This document shows positions 38,521-50,757 of a stretch of 64,000 nucleotides of DNA, one piece after another. The DNA is taken from assembly GCA_003971905.1 (NCBI GenBank), contig RSEE01000081.1:248001-312000 (forward strand), in the 5' to 3' direction. The notes under the pieces are model-generated. The model did not search any database. It was not told where the DNA came from and was given only the letters and a program-made list of their open reading frames with translations. Numbering within the stretch: position 1 is the first letter of the stretch; every line of letters begins with the position of its first letter. A program made the position numbers and the translations under genes. This DNA is from Moniliella sp. 'wahieum'. Lineage: Eukaryota.

Positions 38521-40351
38521 ACCGGTGATCGGGGAGTGACGGGCTACCAGCCTCGGCAACAACGCATGGCTGCTGGCCCTGTTGCTGTGTAAAATTCGGA
38601 AGGCTGACCATGTGCCAGGGGAGCAGCACATGTTCCCGTGTGAGGCAATGCCTGCGTCCCGCCCTGGCACCAGCTCAGCCATGGGGGACACGCGCTGATA
38701 TCGATAGCGCACCTGTCCTGCAGCTGTCGCATGTGGGCGCAGGCAGCAGCGCGCTTGCGGCTGGTGGGTGCGACAGGCTGGCCATGTACGCGGTGCGGCT
38801 GCATGCTGCATGCCCATGCCCCATGCACCATGTCCAAAGAACGGGTGTGCCAGGGTGCGCCACGTCACCCTTCATGCATCACGCTGCCGCTTTCACCGCG
38901 CCCACCTGGACCCCGCAGGCATCCCTGGCACCCCAGGACACACCGCCTGGGACCACGCTGTCTGCTCGATTTACTGTGCCATCGGCCGGTTGTCTTCGAT
39001 CTGCAAACAGAACGAGCGGCGGACAAGATTCCGTGGCTGACACAGCGCTGGTGCGCGGCAGGTGCTTGGCCACAGGGGCTGGCGGCGAGGCTGGCGCCCT
39101 GCCGGGTCGGATTCCGATTGGATCTGGGATGGCGACGAGACAGGGGAGGCGCTGGAGGGTACCCGCCTCAGGCTGTGGGGAAGGGGTTGACGACCATTAG
39201 TCACTAGTCATGCGTCGTGTGTGGCAGTCAGCGGTCCTGTACATAGGGGCGTCGGCCCCAAGATGGCTGCAGTGCCTGCGGTGCGGTCAGTTTTGCCGTG
39301 TGGGACCGGGGTGGTGCAGAGCCACCGACGGCGTGGGGGCGCCCAGGCGCACCGGATGCACCGGGGGGGCAGTGTGGGCTGCGGTGGCGGGCGCCTGCAG
39401 GGGTGGCCGGTGGCAGCGATCGCTTGGTGCGATCAACCGTTTCCCATCGCACGGTCATGCATCCGCCCATCAGCGCTCGGCAGCACCCGCCCCCTGGGCT
39501 GGCACGCTGCTGCGGGGACCGCGGGAGCAAGGCGCAAGGGGTACGTTGGCGCGGGCTCTTGGTCGGTCGGCCGTCGGTGGGGAGCTGCGTCACGCGTCCC
39601 TAACCGCTTCGGCGGCGCACCAGCCTCACACTTGCCCGTCACCGCTGCGGTGGCTGGGACGGTGGGTGCTGGGCAGTGCCGTGCGTGGGGGCGCGCGTGC
39701 TACGTAGGGCTGGTGCGGCTGGCCTGCCTGCTGCTTGCTGCGGGCGTACGCGCTGCTGCCGGCTGCTGCAGGCTGGCACCAGCACTCGGCCCTGGCTGGG
39801 CGCTGCGACGGTTGTGGCCTGTGGTCTGCTGGCTGGCCTGCTGGCCTGCGGACTGGCTGGGGTGTTCTGTCTTGTCTTGCCTGCACTCGGTCCAGCACCG
39901 GCACCTCCTTGCCTGGCCTGCCTACGCTTGTCTTGGGCGTTTCTTCGGTCTTTGCCGCTGCGTTCCATCCGCTCTGCCTTCTCCATCTCGCTTCTCTGCT
40001 GCCTCCGCCCCACCTCCATCCCCGCCGCCTGCCTTCCTGCCTCCTCCTCCGGCCGCTCCGCCCGCTGTGTCGCTCGCTCCCTCCGCCCCACCTCGTCCGC
40101 CTGCTTTCTGCTGCTGTCCCCCCACACCCGCGAGACCGGCTCAGGCACCCCGCCCACCCGCCCTCCCCTTCGCCTTCTTTCGCCGCCCCCCACACGCGCC
40201 CCGCCTCGGCTGCGGGCCCTGTTCTTTCTCCTGCTGCTGCTGCCGTTGAGCCCAGCCAGCCTGCTGTGCCCATTGCTCCTGCCGCTGTCCGTACGTAGCA
40301 CGCCCGATCGACGGCCTGCTCGCGTCACGTCGCGTGTCCGACCCTTCACCC

Positions 40352-43300
40352 ATGCCCCCCGCGCCCGAATACACACCCTACCAGATCGTTCGCCCACCAG
40401 CCCTACAAACGCCAGTTAGCCAGTCCACCGCGGCCCGATCATGCCTGCCGCCTGCTGTGCTCCCTGCCTTGTCGGGCCCCAGCTGGGACTCCTCCCCCTT
40501 TGGCCCGTCGTCCGGTCCCGCGGGTGCGCCTGTTGGTGCCTCCGCGTCCGAAGGCCCCTTGGGCCCACCTTACTCGGATCCTAGCACTGGGCCCAATGCC
40601 GTTGCCCCCCATACCGACCAATACTATTACCAGCGCACCTCCCCCACCCTTCCCCCCTGCGCGGCCCGCCCACCACTCGCCGCAGTGCACCCCAACTGCC
40701 GTCGCAATCGCAGACGCAATCGCAAGCGCAATCCCAGCCCCCGCCTGCCTCCCCCCCTACCTTCTCCTACTCCGACCCGGCCCTGCTCCAAATCAGCCGT
40801 CGCTCCACTACGACCAACGTCGGAGCCATCTCCCCTATCCATCGTTCCTCGGTCCCCTCGGTCTCTCTTCCTGCTCCGCCTCTGTCGCGCAGGCGCAGCT
40901 CCAGTACCAAGGCTCTCACCGGTGCCAAGCCCGACGTGGCTGCCGATCCGCATTCGACAGCTAGGGCGCCATCGGGTGGCCCGCGTCGTCGTTCGGTACG
41001 CAAGTCGCCAAGTACGGGTCCCACTGTCGCCGTGGTTCCCGTTGGCTCAAAGTCCATCGGAAAGTACATTGCGGCAGTATGATGATACGATTGTCACGAT
41101 GAAAAATGGCTGGCAACCCACAAGCCCGAGCTTGCCGATTCGTTTGATCAAGTGTCGGAATTGACGCTGGACGCGATGCTGCTGTACATTGATGATGCGT
41201 GGACCGCGGCTTGTCGTACAATACCGTGAGTCGGGTCAATTCAGCCCTAGCCGCGTACTTTAAGTTTCGTCTGAAGCGCGAATTGGCTGCCTGGGACCAG
41301 ATTCAGGACCTCAATGAGCGTCACGCAAAAGGAAACCCCTGTTTCTCGGAGCGGTACCGTGCTCGTACAATTCCATTTCCCGCACTGGCGGGGAACGCCG
41401 GCGCCGGCGCGACTCGGAGCAGGATGTGAAAGTCAAGCCCCTCCTTTATCCTGAGCTGGCCGTAGTCCTATCATATTTGCGCGAGACGATGGATGAGGTG
41501 CGTGTGAAACATCTGCCCCGCCCTACTCCCCCCGTCCCTCGTCCCTTGGCATTCTTACTGACTCATGCATGTCGTCTGTTCAGGACGCTATCACGAACAA
41601 CAAGTTCTTCCCGGGAGCTGGTGCTGTTTCTGTTTATGCCACCTTTTTGACCCTCAGCTACTTGCTCTGGACGCGCCTCGATGAGTTGCTCTTGCTCAAG
41701 TGGGAGAACATTTCGTTCAGCGACTACACTGGCAAGTTTGTCTCGCCCGAGGCTACTACGAAACTGTTGAAGGGTACGCTCGGTCTCACCGATGACCCGG
41801 CAGCGCTGTCGACCCAAACTACACACGCCTACCCCGACCGCCGTGGTCACTCTACCCTGGCGAGAAAATAACGATCGGCAGCCCAAGACGTACTGTCTCC
41901 AGTACCCAGGCCGAAAAGCCAACGCTGGATCCCGCTGGCACCATTACGCGTTGGCCCAATTTTGTGTCCGGCTCAATGGCAACCAGCCGCTGGAACCCAA
42001 GTTCCTCGTTTTTCCCTCCTTCAATAAGACCAACCTCTATGCTCCGCATTCACGCATGTATGGGACCAAGTTGCTTGACCAGATGAAAGAACTCTTTCGT
42101 CTCGCCGGTCTGGGCACGTCGAGCGGGCCTTCTCTCTCTCTCTCTCTCGGTGGAGCGGGCGTGCCGCCGCAAGGTGCTTTGGGCCGTTCCTCGCGCCCAG
42201 GTTCGCTGGGCGAATCTCCTGACTTGGAGGGAGATTATACCCAGCTCAGCGCCTTCGCAAGGGGGGGTGATCGATGGTTTGCTGCAGGGCAGTCGGTATG
42301 ACTCACCTGATGGCGCCGCATGGGCGGTCTGGTGGGGATGATGGGTTGTCGCAGGCCTCGATGAACAGCTTCCTTCACATGAGGGACAGTCGAGGAGCCG
42401 GCCGATGCTTCTTCTGCAACTTCGCCGGACCCAATGCGAGCGGGCGGGAGGAAGGCGGGCTTCAGGACGCAACTTGCCCCGGCGTGCAGCCTCCTGCGGC
42501 GATTCAGCACGCGGGCCAGCAATAACTCCACGCTTCGGTTGGCTCGGGCGTGACGGATGCGTCGCTGAGCCCCGAGGAGGCCCAGCTACCGGCTCAGCCG
42601 CCTAACCCGCTGCCACCTCACGGCGCCCCAGCCTCTACGGGGCCAGCGTACTGAGCCACCTCTTCCGAATGCACATCTCGCCGCGGGCACTACGGCTCCT
42701 ACGGCGTTTTCCCCCCACCGACAGCGACACGCGCTTTCCTTCCATCGTATACCATGCGCCAGTCCGATCCTGCCTTGGCATCCAACCCCCTTGTTGGACC
42801 AGGCAACGCGCGTCTGGACCGTCGGCTGGGTTGTATGGCCCCTCTCCTACCCCCCTCGGACCCGGTGCAGGCGCACATGTTTGTCGATCCCAATTCGCCC
42901 CCTCCGCCTACGTCCACCGGTCATCCCGCTGGCCCCGGCCCGGTTCCCACGTCTGCGCCTGCCCCTTCGGATCGAAGGGTGAGCGTTGACCCGATGGGGG
43001 GGATGAGTGTCTTGCCCCCCCACACGGTGGATCGGCGGCTGTCCTTGGGTCCTACTCCCCCGGGTTTGCCGCCCATTGCGGGAGCCGGGCCGCAAGGGGG
43101 CGGCACGATGCCCTCGCCGGTAGGCAGTCGACCGGGTCCGCGTCAACGCCCTGGACCGTACTATTACGATCCTGTTCTCCGCGTCAAGGCGATGGCTACG
43201 GGATCTACCCGCCGCCGGTCCCCCGTCCCATTTCCCCTGCGAGTCACATGGCGCACGTGCCCGGCCACATGAACCATGTTCCGCCCCATGTGGGCCATGT

Positions 43301-43493
43301 TACCGACCGACCCTCCGTTTCGCCGCACCAAGGCCATCACCTCTCCCCCTCGCCTTACCTTGGCCACGCGTACCACCCCCGGCCCACCACCCCGCTCCTA
43401 CGCAAACCATGCCCTACTCAACTTCCCTTCCCAGCCCCCCCCACAGCTGGGCAGGGCTACCACGCCCCGCCTCAGGAGCGGTGGTACAATTAA
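40352..43493 (+). CDS. Protein with degenerate tyrosine-recombinase (Crypton-like DNA breaking-rejoining) core between Pro-rich arms; intron 41498-41583; frameshifted
   Basis: Core ~41040-42400 reconstructed across frames: STLRQY...LSYNTVSRVNSALAAYF...GNPCFS (core-binding-like), FLTLSYLLWTRLDELLLLKWENI (first catalytic Arg box), LVFPS, SAF(R/A)xGG, WWG*W. Intron GTGCGT...ACTGAC...CAG. Family assignment is from remembered motifs, not a database search. Confidence 0.6.
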
Positions 43494-44880
43494 CCCCCAT
43501 TCTTTCCCTTTCCCTTTCCTTCTTTGACCCCCTCTGGCCCTTTAGCGGGCCTGAGGCGAGCCCCCTCCTGATCCCTGTCCCTGCCCTGCTCTTTTCCGGT
43601 GCCGTCAGCCACGCCTTCGGTTGGAGCAGGTGGACCAAGTGTGCATGTTCCCTACCCCGCACACGTCTTGACATGGTTACGATTTACGAGCCTCATGTTT
43701 CCTGGTGCGAAGATCTGCGTGCGCCCTCTTTGGTTTTGTCTTTCTCTTTTTTTTTCTCCCCTTCGCCCTTCACTTGCCCGTTGCCCCTTGTCCCTTGCCC
43801 CTTGTCTCTCTTGCCCCTTTCCCCTTGCTCCATGCCCCTTACTCCTTGCCTTTCTTCCGTTCCTCTTTTGTTCCTCTTTTGCTCTTTGTTTGATCGCTGT
43901 TCTCTTCCTTCCCTTGTTTCTCGCCTACCAAATCATGCTTTGCTCTGCCCCGCCGTTTCCCGCTAGTCGCTCTATGACGGTTTGTATGGATTTTTTTTAC
44001 CCGCCTACCAGCCTGCGCATGCCCATCACCAAACCAAGGTTTTACTAGTGGTGGCAGTGACTCCCGACTCGCAAGGGGGGAGAGACAACTATAGGAAGAC
44101 TGGCCGTGCGCGCAGCGAGGCGCGATATGGAGCCGTGACATGCGGGAAAGCTACACTGAGTTACGAGGGGGGTGGGAGGGAAGTGGCGCGGTGCGGTGCG
44201 GCAGTGGGCCATTGAATATGGATGGACACCGAATTCATCGGACTGTGGCTCTCTAACCATCCGTCGGTAACACGCCACACAGTTCTATGATCTCCTATCT
44301 CCCCACTGTGGCACGTTCCCCCCCGATGCGCGAACCTTGGTGGCGAATCTGGTGCAGTGCAGCCTACCCGCCTTCTGAAGTCTGTGATCTGAGGCCTACT
44401 GAGATGCACTGATGGCCGATGCTTCAGGCGATGGAGCGTATGTGCGATTTCGTCAACGTTCACCACTACGCCCGATCCAATCAATACATGCAACACCTCC
44501 GCATTGCGCCGAGCCATCCTCCTTCCACACCTCAATCATCTTCAAGATTGGAATCGAATCAGATATGCACAGGAGCAACGTTGGCATACATGTGATCGGG
44601 GGGCAGTTGACAGGCACCTACACTGGCCAAAGCAGAAAGCGTCTCTTGGAACTTGACGGACTTGCCTTGATCGATGGCTAAGGTTATGGTTGCGACTCGG
44701 CCAGCCCAACATACAGAAACAACTACAGGGCAAGCACAAGAGCGAGGCAGGTATCATATTTTGGTGTGGGGGATCCACGGTCGAGGACGGGCCACAAACT
44801 GTGGCCGACCAAAGTAAGGAGATGAGTGTATCCTAGGGGGACGGCATGAGTGACATGGGGACAGAAAGCGTATTCAACAG

Positions 44881-45493
44881 TTACTCCTGGTCAATAACGA
44901 CCGTCTCGAGGCCCTTGAACGAGGTGATGCCAAACACGGGCGTGGCCACAACGTAAAGCTTCTCCTTGGCGTCCTCATCGTCATTGCGCTTGCGCTCCAG
45001 ACGCACCCGAATCCGGCGCGGGACCGACTTGACGCCCAACTTCCAAATCTCCTCGTTGAGCTTAGGGTCGATGCGAACGTCCTTGACGCTCATGGCGCGC
45101 TGGGCAAAACGGACAACCTCCTTGATGGCACGAGGGGCCGTCTTCTTGTCTTGCATGCGGAAAACACGCTTGGCCAAGTGGATCGTGTACTCGCGCTACC
45201 AACCAAAACAAACGAAACAAGTTAGCCAATCGGGCACACCCAAAGCAGACCAAGCGATGTCGTAATGCGCACAGGGCAAAAATAGCCAAGCGAAGGGCAA
45301 ATCTGCCCAACGCTCTCGACGATTCCCCCCTAAGGGGGAAGGGTACCGGCCTCTTACAGAGACCGGGACCGAGGCGTCGACCGGCAGACCTTCATGCATC
45401 TCGGGCAAAGGACGGCATTCAGAGTCCCAGCAGGATACTCACGGTCACGACGTCCTTGAGGACGGAACGCTGTGTCTTCTTCGTAGGAGCCAT
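44881..45493 (-). CDS. RPL31: 60S ribosomal protein L31 (eL31); exons 45443-45493 and 44881-45195
   Basis: [28 protein letters not shown]...[13 protein letters not shown]...[43 protein letters not shown]. Intron GTGAGT...GCTAAC...TAG. Confidence 0.97.
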
Positions 45494-47670
45494 GGTTGAG
45501 TGAGGTACGGCCAGAGGTGGATGGGTGCGGGAGACAACCTGCTCGGATGTCCCAGGGCCAATAGCCAACCGTGCACATCCGCTCCGCAACCCCACGTTTT
45601 ATTGCGCCGGCTGTTTTCGACACGGTCGGTTGTGGGCATGTTAGGGTTGACCCCTTCTTGGCCGGGTCAACAAGGGTACATTTCAATAGTTGATGATCAT
45701 CGATCTCATCGATTATCGATCAGCCTGCTCCCTACTATGGTGTCTCAGAACCCACGTGTCCGTCCACCACTCCTTTGTGGGTGAAGCTACTATATATAGG
45801 AGCGGTGAAGCTATAGGAAGCAGCGCAGTGGGGGCTTCCTTAAACGTTGTCAAGTAATTGTAACCCATCATTGTATTGTCCACCTCCAAGTTTCGTTGAG
45901 TGCACCAAACTTCACTCTAACATCTCAACCACACTCAGAGAGTGCTTCGGAGGTCTCCACTTTGAGGGCATGCCCTCATATGACAAGGCCGGGGCGACAT
46001 AGTTGGTGACAAACCAGACTGTAAATCGCAGAACGTCAGAGGCAGTTGGGAAGACCTCCTGCTCACATATACGGCCTTTTTGTTGACTGCTGGGACTCTA
46101 TATGTTTACAGCGCCGCAGGGATGCAGCCAAGGCCTGTGTTCCTCTCTCGTTGTGGCCATGATTAAACGCGCCGGATATTACGCCATCAGATTGCCAGGA
46201 TATTGGAACACTGGAAGAACTTGTTGAAGAGTCTCATGATGGGCGGCGTCCATCTGAACGCTCACACAACGCACAACTGCACAGTATCTACCTGCACTAT
46301 ATCTGGTTTAGAAAATTGTCAGAGAGTCCCCCGACCTGCTGTGGTGTCATCACTGGCATCTTTTGAATGAATGGGCACGAGCTGATCACAAAGGCAGACC
46401 GAGCGAGTTTGATGCGGTACATGCCTTGACGGACTCCTGGTTTAGAAGTTTTTCCAAAAACGGTGTACACCTCTAATACTGTTCTATACACTGCCACTAC
46501 TCCGAAGACCGACGGGTCATGCTGATGGTGATGATGCGATGATGAACCAATGATGCCATGTTACATGAGCGGCTCAGAGCGCGCATGAACATACTCACGT
46601 AGAGAACAATACTCTGACCGTTGTTCACGCTGCGCGAGCGATTCGAACACATATTGTCATGCGCAACGTATTGGACTCTGTTTTTTCGCAACATCAGGCA
46701 GTCTTGTATTGCTTTTGTGCTTGCAAAAGTTACTTCTGGATACGTTTGCTCTACTTTGCACGTAATACGTTGTTTTCACTTAAATGTTTGCACATCACGC
46801 AAAAAGGCCCTACTGGCGGATTCAATCGTGTGGCCATTTGTCCGTGCACTCAACAAGACTGAACTCGATTTAATGAATCAAATGACACTACTACTTTGTT
46901 AGGCTTGATGCACAGGGCCCACAGAGAAAACACACACCTAGTATAAAGTCCTTCGGCGGAGCACACAGGTTCGCATTATTGATGATGGGAACCCTAACGA
47001 CGTATGCGAGATTCAATACCCCGCTGTTTTGTGGGGGGCATGGCAGCGGTCAGATACTATGAGTAGCAGCTGCCCTATAGCCTGGCTGGGCATCTGGAAG
47101 AAGCGAAGCACATTCTGCAGACCAACGTAGTGCTGGTGCTAGTGACCAAGCTAGTGATACAAGTGATGGGCGATGGTCCACCTTCTACGGGCAGTCGGCC
47201 AGTCATGTCATGAAGTGACATGTGAAGATGTGAAGCTGGAAGCTTGAAGCTCCCCGGCCAGCGGCCACACACAGACAGGCAGTGCCGCCTTGGCGCCAGT
47301 GCCGACCCATCGTCTTCATCGTCTGGGCACGAGAACGCAGGTGGGGGTGGAAGGTTGCCTCCGATAAGGGTCTTCGGCTTCGTCCGTCGCAGGGAGCCAG
47401 TGACTGTAGCTTGAAGTGATGCATGAGGATGGTCTGACCGATGACTGTCAGGTGACTAGTACGTACTACCGGCTGTAAGCTGCACCAGCCTGGATCTGGC
47501 AGGTGCCGGACTTTTTTTTTGTTCGGCAGTCCGGAACCCACCCTGGGGGCCACCAGCCCAACCATCCCCACTCACCTCCACCACCCATCCGGCGCCAGCC
47601 AGCCCCATCCTTCTCATCCCCCCCCAACCACCTCGTCTGTATCTCGCCGCCCCACCCCTGCCACTGCCCA

Positions 47671-50236
47671 ATGGCAGGTACCCGCTCCATCCCGGCTCCT
47701 CGCCCTGTCCCTGGCCCCAGTGGCCGTGGCGTTGCTGCTCCAGGTGTCCGTCCCACCGCCACCCGCACCCGCGAAGTGTCAGGCCACCAACAGCCCCCCT
47801 GGAAGAGCAGCTTGGACCTTGTTTGGTCTTACTCTCGCTCCCAGGCTTTTTATGGGGAGAACACTGGCACGTCTCCCTCCTTTGTCGAGCGCTTTGCCCT
47901 GCCTGCCGCCTCAGGCACGTCTACTCCAGCCGATTCAGAAGCCGAAGGACCTTCCCTCACGTCAGATTCTTACGAATACTCGGACGAGGATGAGGATGAT
48001 GATCTTTTTCTTGACGGAGACGAGGAGGATCAGTACAGCGACGAAGAGTACGACAGCGACGAGTCCCGAAGCGATTCGGACAATGACGATGCTGGTGATT
48101 AACGCCCGTAGAGAGCGTCGCCGCTTCCCACGCGAGTGATACTGCGATTCCAGACCGCAATATCCCCGGCAATGCGCAGTCCCAATGGGCTTCGGAGCAG
48201 CTTCCCTCCAACGCACTCAAGCCTGTGCCTGATCGGCGGTCACGCGGTCGCTCGGTACCTGGACTGAGTAACCTCAGTCGCGCTGCCTTGCAAGCTCGCA
48301 ATGCCAAGCTCCGCACTCTCGAAGATGATGATACCAACTCGGACGATGGTCGGGGTCGGAGATTGAGTGGCTCCCGCTCCCGCTCCCACTCTCGCACTCG
48401 TACTGCTACAGGCCCAACCGCCCCTTCGGCCGGTCTTCCCCCACCTAGTCTTTCCCCGGGGGGATCAATTCTGTTGCCAATGGAGGATCCTCCACCCCTC
48501 ACAGCGAAGCGCTTCTTCGAATGGGCGAAAGTCGAGTCGTTCTCGTACCCGAGGAAGCCATTCTCGTGGGCGGGGGACTCGGGGGAGGCGAAATGGATCA
48601 GCGCGCTTTAGCCAGGCCCGTGCCCATCAGGCAGAAGATGGCGATGCGGACAAGCCTCCATTTTTGGTTACCGACATTCCTAATGGAGAGAGGGATTGCC
48701 CACCACATACCAATGGGCGCACTTCAGCCAATTTACTGCGGGCAGCTGTACTGAAGCGCAATGGTAACCCCTCCTCTGACACCACCAAAGGAGTGGCGTT
48801 CCCTGCGGGAAGGAGCACCTTTCTTCAGAGCTGGTTCAACACCTTGAATGCGGTGATGGGCGTCGGCATCCTTGCCACGCCGTGGCATTCAGCTATGCCG
48901 GCTGGATCTTGGGGCCGCTGCTGTTCTTGGTGTGTGGGCTGCTAACCAGCTACACGGGCAAGGTTCTTTTGGCATTATGGCCCGCAATGGCCGGCTTCGC
49001 ACGTACGCCGACATTGGAAGCTATGCGTTTGGGCCGCGCGCGCGTGCGTGGGTCAGCACGCTTTTCTGCCTTGAACTGTGGGCGGTCTGCGTGGCACTCG
49101 TTATTCTCTTTGCCGACAGCCTCCACGCCATCTTCCCCAACGGGCCTGGGAGCAACACTTACAAGGTTTTGTGCTTGCATTGGTGCTCCAACCATCTTCC
49201 TCCCGCTCAAGCTCTTTCGCCAGTCAGTGTCGTTGGCATTCTCTCTGCCTTTACTCTCGTGGTGGTAGTAGTGGTGGACGGGTTTATCAAACCTACGTCT
49301 CCGGGTAGCCTGCATCAGTGGAACAGCAGCGCGTCGGCGGTGCCCGACTGGATGCGTCTGCCGTTATCCTTTGGCTTGATCATGAGTGGCTTCAGCTCTC
49401 ACCCCGTTATCCCCAGCCTCGCGCGCGACATGCGCGAACCCAGACGCTTCCCCTCTATGCTTAACCGGGCTTATGTGACGGCGACAATCCTGTATCTCAC
49501 CATGGCTGCTGCCGGTTACGCCATGTTTGGCCGCTCGGTGAGCGACGAGATCACCAAGGACCTTGCCCAGACCCCTGGCTTCCCCGAGACGTTCAACCGC
49601 ATTGCCGTCTGGCTCATTGTCGTCAACCCCTTGTCCAAGTTTGCCCTCGCATCTCGTCCTATCATCAACACTTTCGAGGGCACGTTGGGAATCGAAGAGC
49701 CTCATCCCACCCATTCCACGCACTCCCAACCTCCCCTCCTGCAAGCCCACATTCCTACGGATCCCTCTCACCAGACTCAGATCAGTGCCCGCAACCTGTA
49801 CCGGCGCTCTCTCCAACACATGTTGGTCCAGCTCCAAAGAAAAGGATCACCCACCCAATCCAAGAAGTCGTTCAGCTGGGACTTGCCCCTTCCCGCCACA
49901 GCTGGGCAAACTGTGACCTCGCCGCTTCTCATGAACGCGGATCAATCTCCATCAGCATCCGAGCCACGCTGGCATCGCCCGGCTCGCATTGCGGTCCAAG
50001 TAACTCTGGCTGGCCTGATTGTCTTGACGGCCATCGTACTGCCCGGGTTTGAGAAGACGATGGCTTTCCTCGGCTCGTTCCTCGTGATCACGACCTGTGT
50101 CCTGGGCCCTCTCTTGGCCAACTTGAAGCTATTTGGTCACGAGATGAGTTGGATGCGGATCGCTGGTGATGTGGCCCTGCTGACCGTCTCGGCAGTGGCG
50201 GCCATTGTGGGCACGATTTGGGCCTTTATCACTTAG
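47671..50236 (+). CDS. Vacuolar amino-acid transporter, AVT1-like (Aa_trans family); frameshifted
   Basis: N-terminal SSLDLVWSYSRSQAFYG and acidic tract. GRSTFLQSWFNTLNAVMGVGIL, FSYAGW, LRTYADIG.YAFG, FCLEL, SFGLIMSGFSSHPVIPSLARDMREP, NPLSKFALASRP, MAFLGS. Confidence 0.9.
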
Positions 50237-50757
50237 GTTCCCAGCCATGAGAGGGTCTCATGAGTCTACTGGACGCCTTCTTCATTCAACCACACCTCCT
50301 CCCCTTGTCACCGGGTATCGGAACATCCTACACCATACATGTGCATGCCAGGCTCGCCAAGAGCCGCCATGGCTACAGTGTCTCCTCATACCACTCACTG
50401 TCGTTTGTTTCATCCTGTCCTGTCCTGTCCTGTTTGTTCTGTCCTATTCTGTTCATCCTGTCTCGTATTGTCTCGTCTTGTCTCACCATCTCTTTCTTTC
50501 CTGTCGGCCTGCATCGTTTAACCGCACTCCCACTCAAGCTGTCCTCAACGCCCGCATGGGCTGGCATCACCTCATGACTCCTCTGTGCCCATGTCGGGCT
50601 TCATTTCTGTCGTCCCCCTTTCCATTTCCATTCCCATTCCCATTCCCGTTCTATCTCGTCTGTGGCATGTATATGTCATTCCTGGAAGCTAGGCCAGGCG
50701 AATTGTATTGCGAACCCAGCATGCTAGGTCGATGCAAAACCTCACATCTGCCACAGG

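Noticed and set aside
38431..40420. Many long overlapping ORFs on both strands
   Set aside because: GC-rich low-complexity DNA poor in stop codons; the translations have no protein-like motifs.
34000..43493. Heptamer palindromes as target sites of the neighbouring recombinase-like protein
   Set aside because: The arrays occur in intergenic regions throughout the window and lack the arm-spacer-arm layout of recombinase sites; proximity alone is not evidence.
45800..47100. Possible gene or TE relic between RPL31 and the AVT1-like gene
   Set aside because: Only short ORFs with no motifs.
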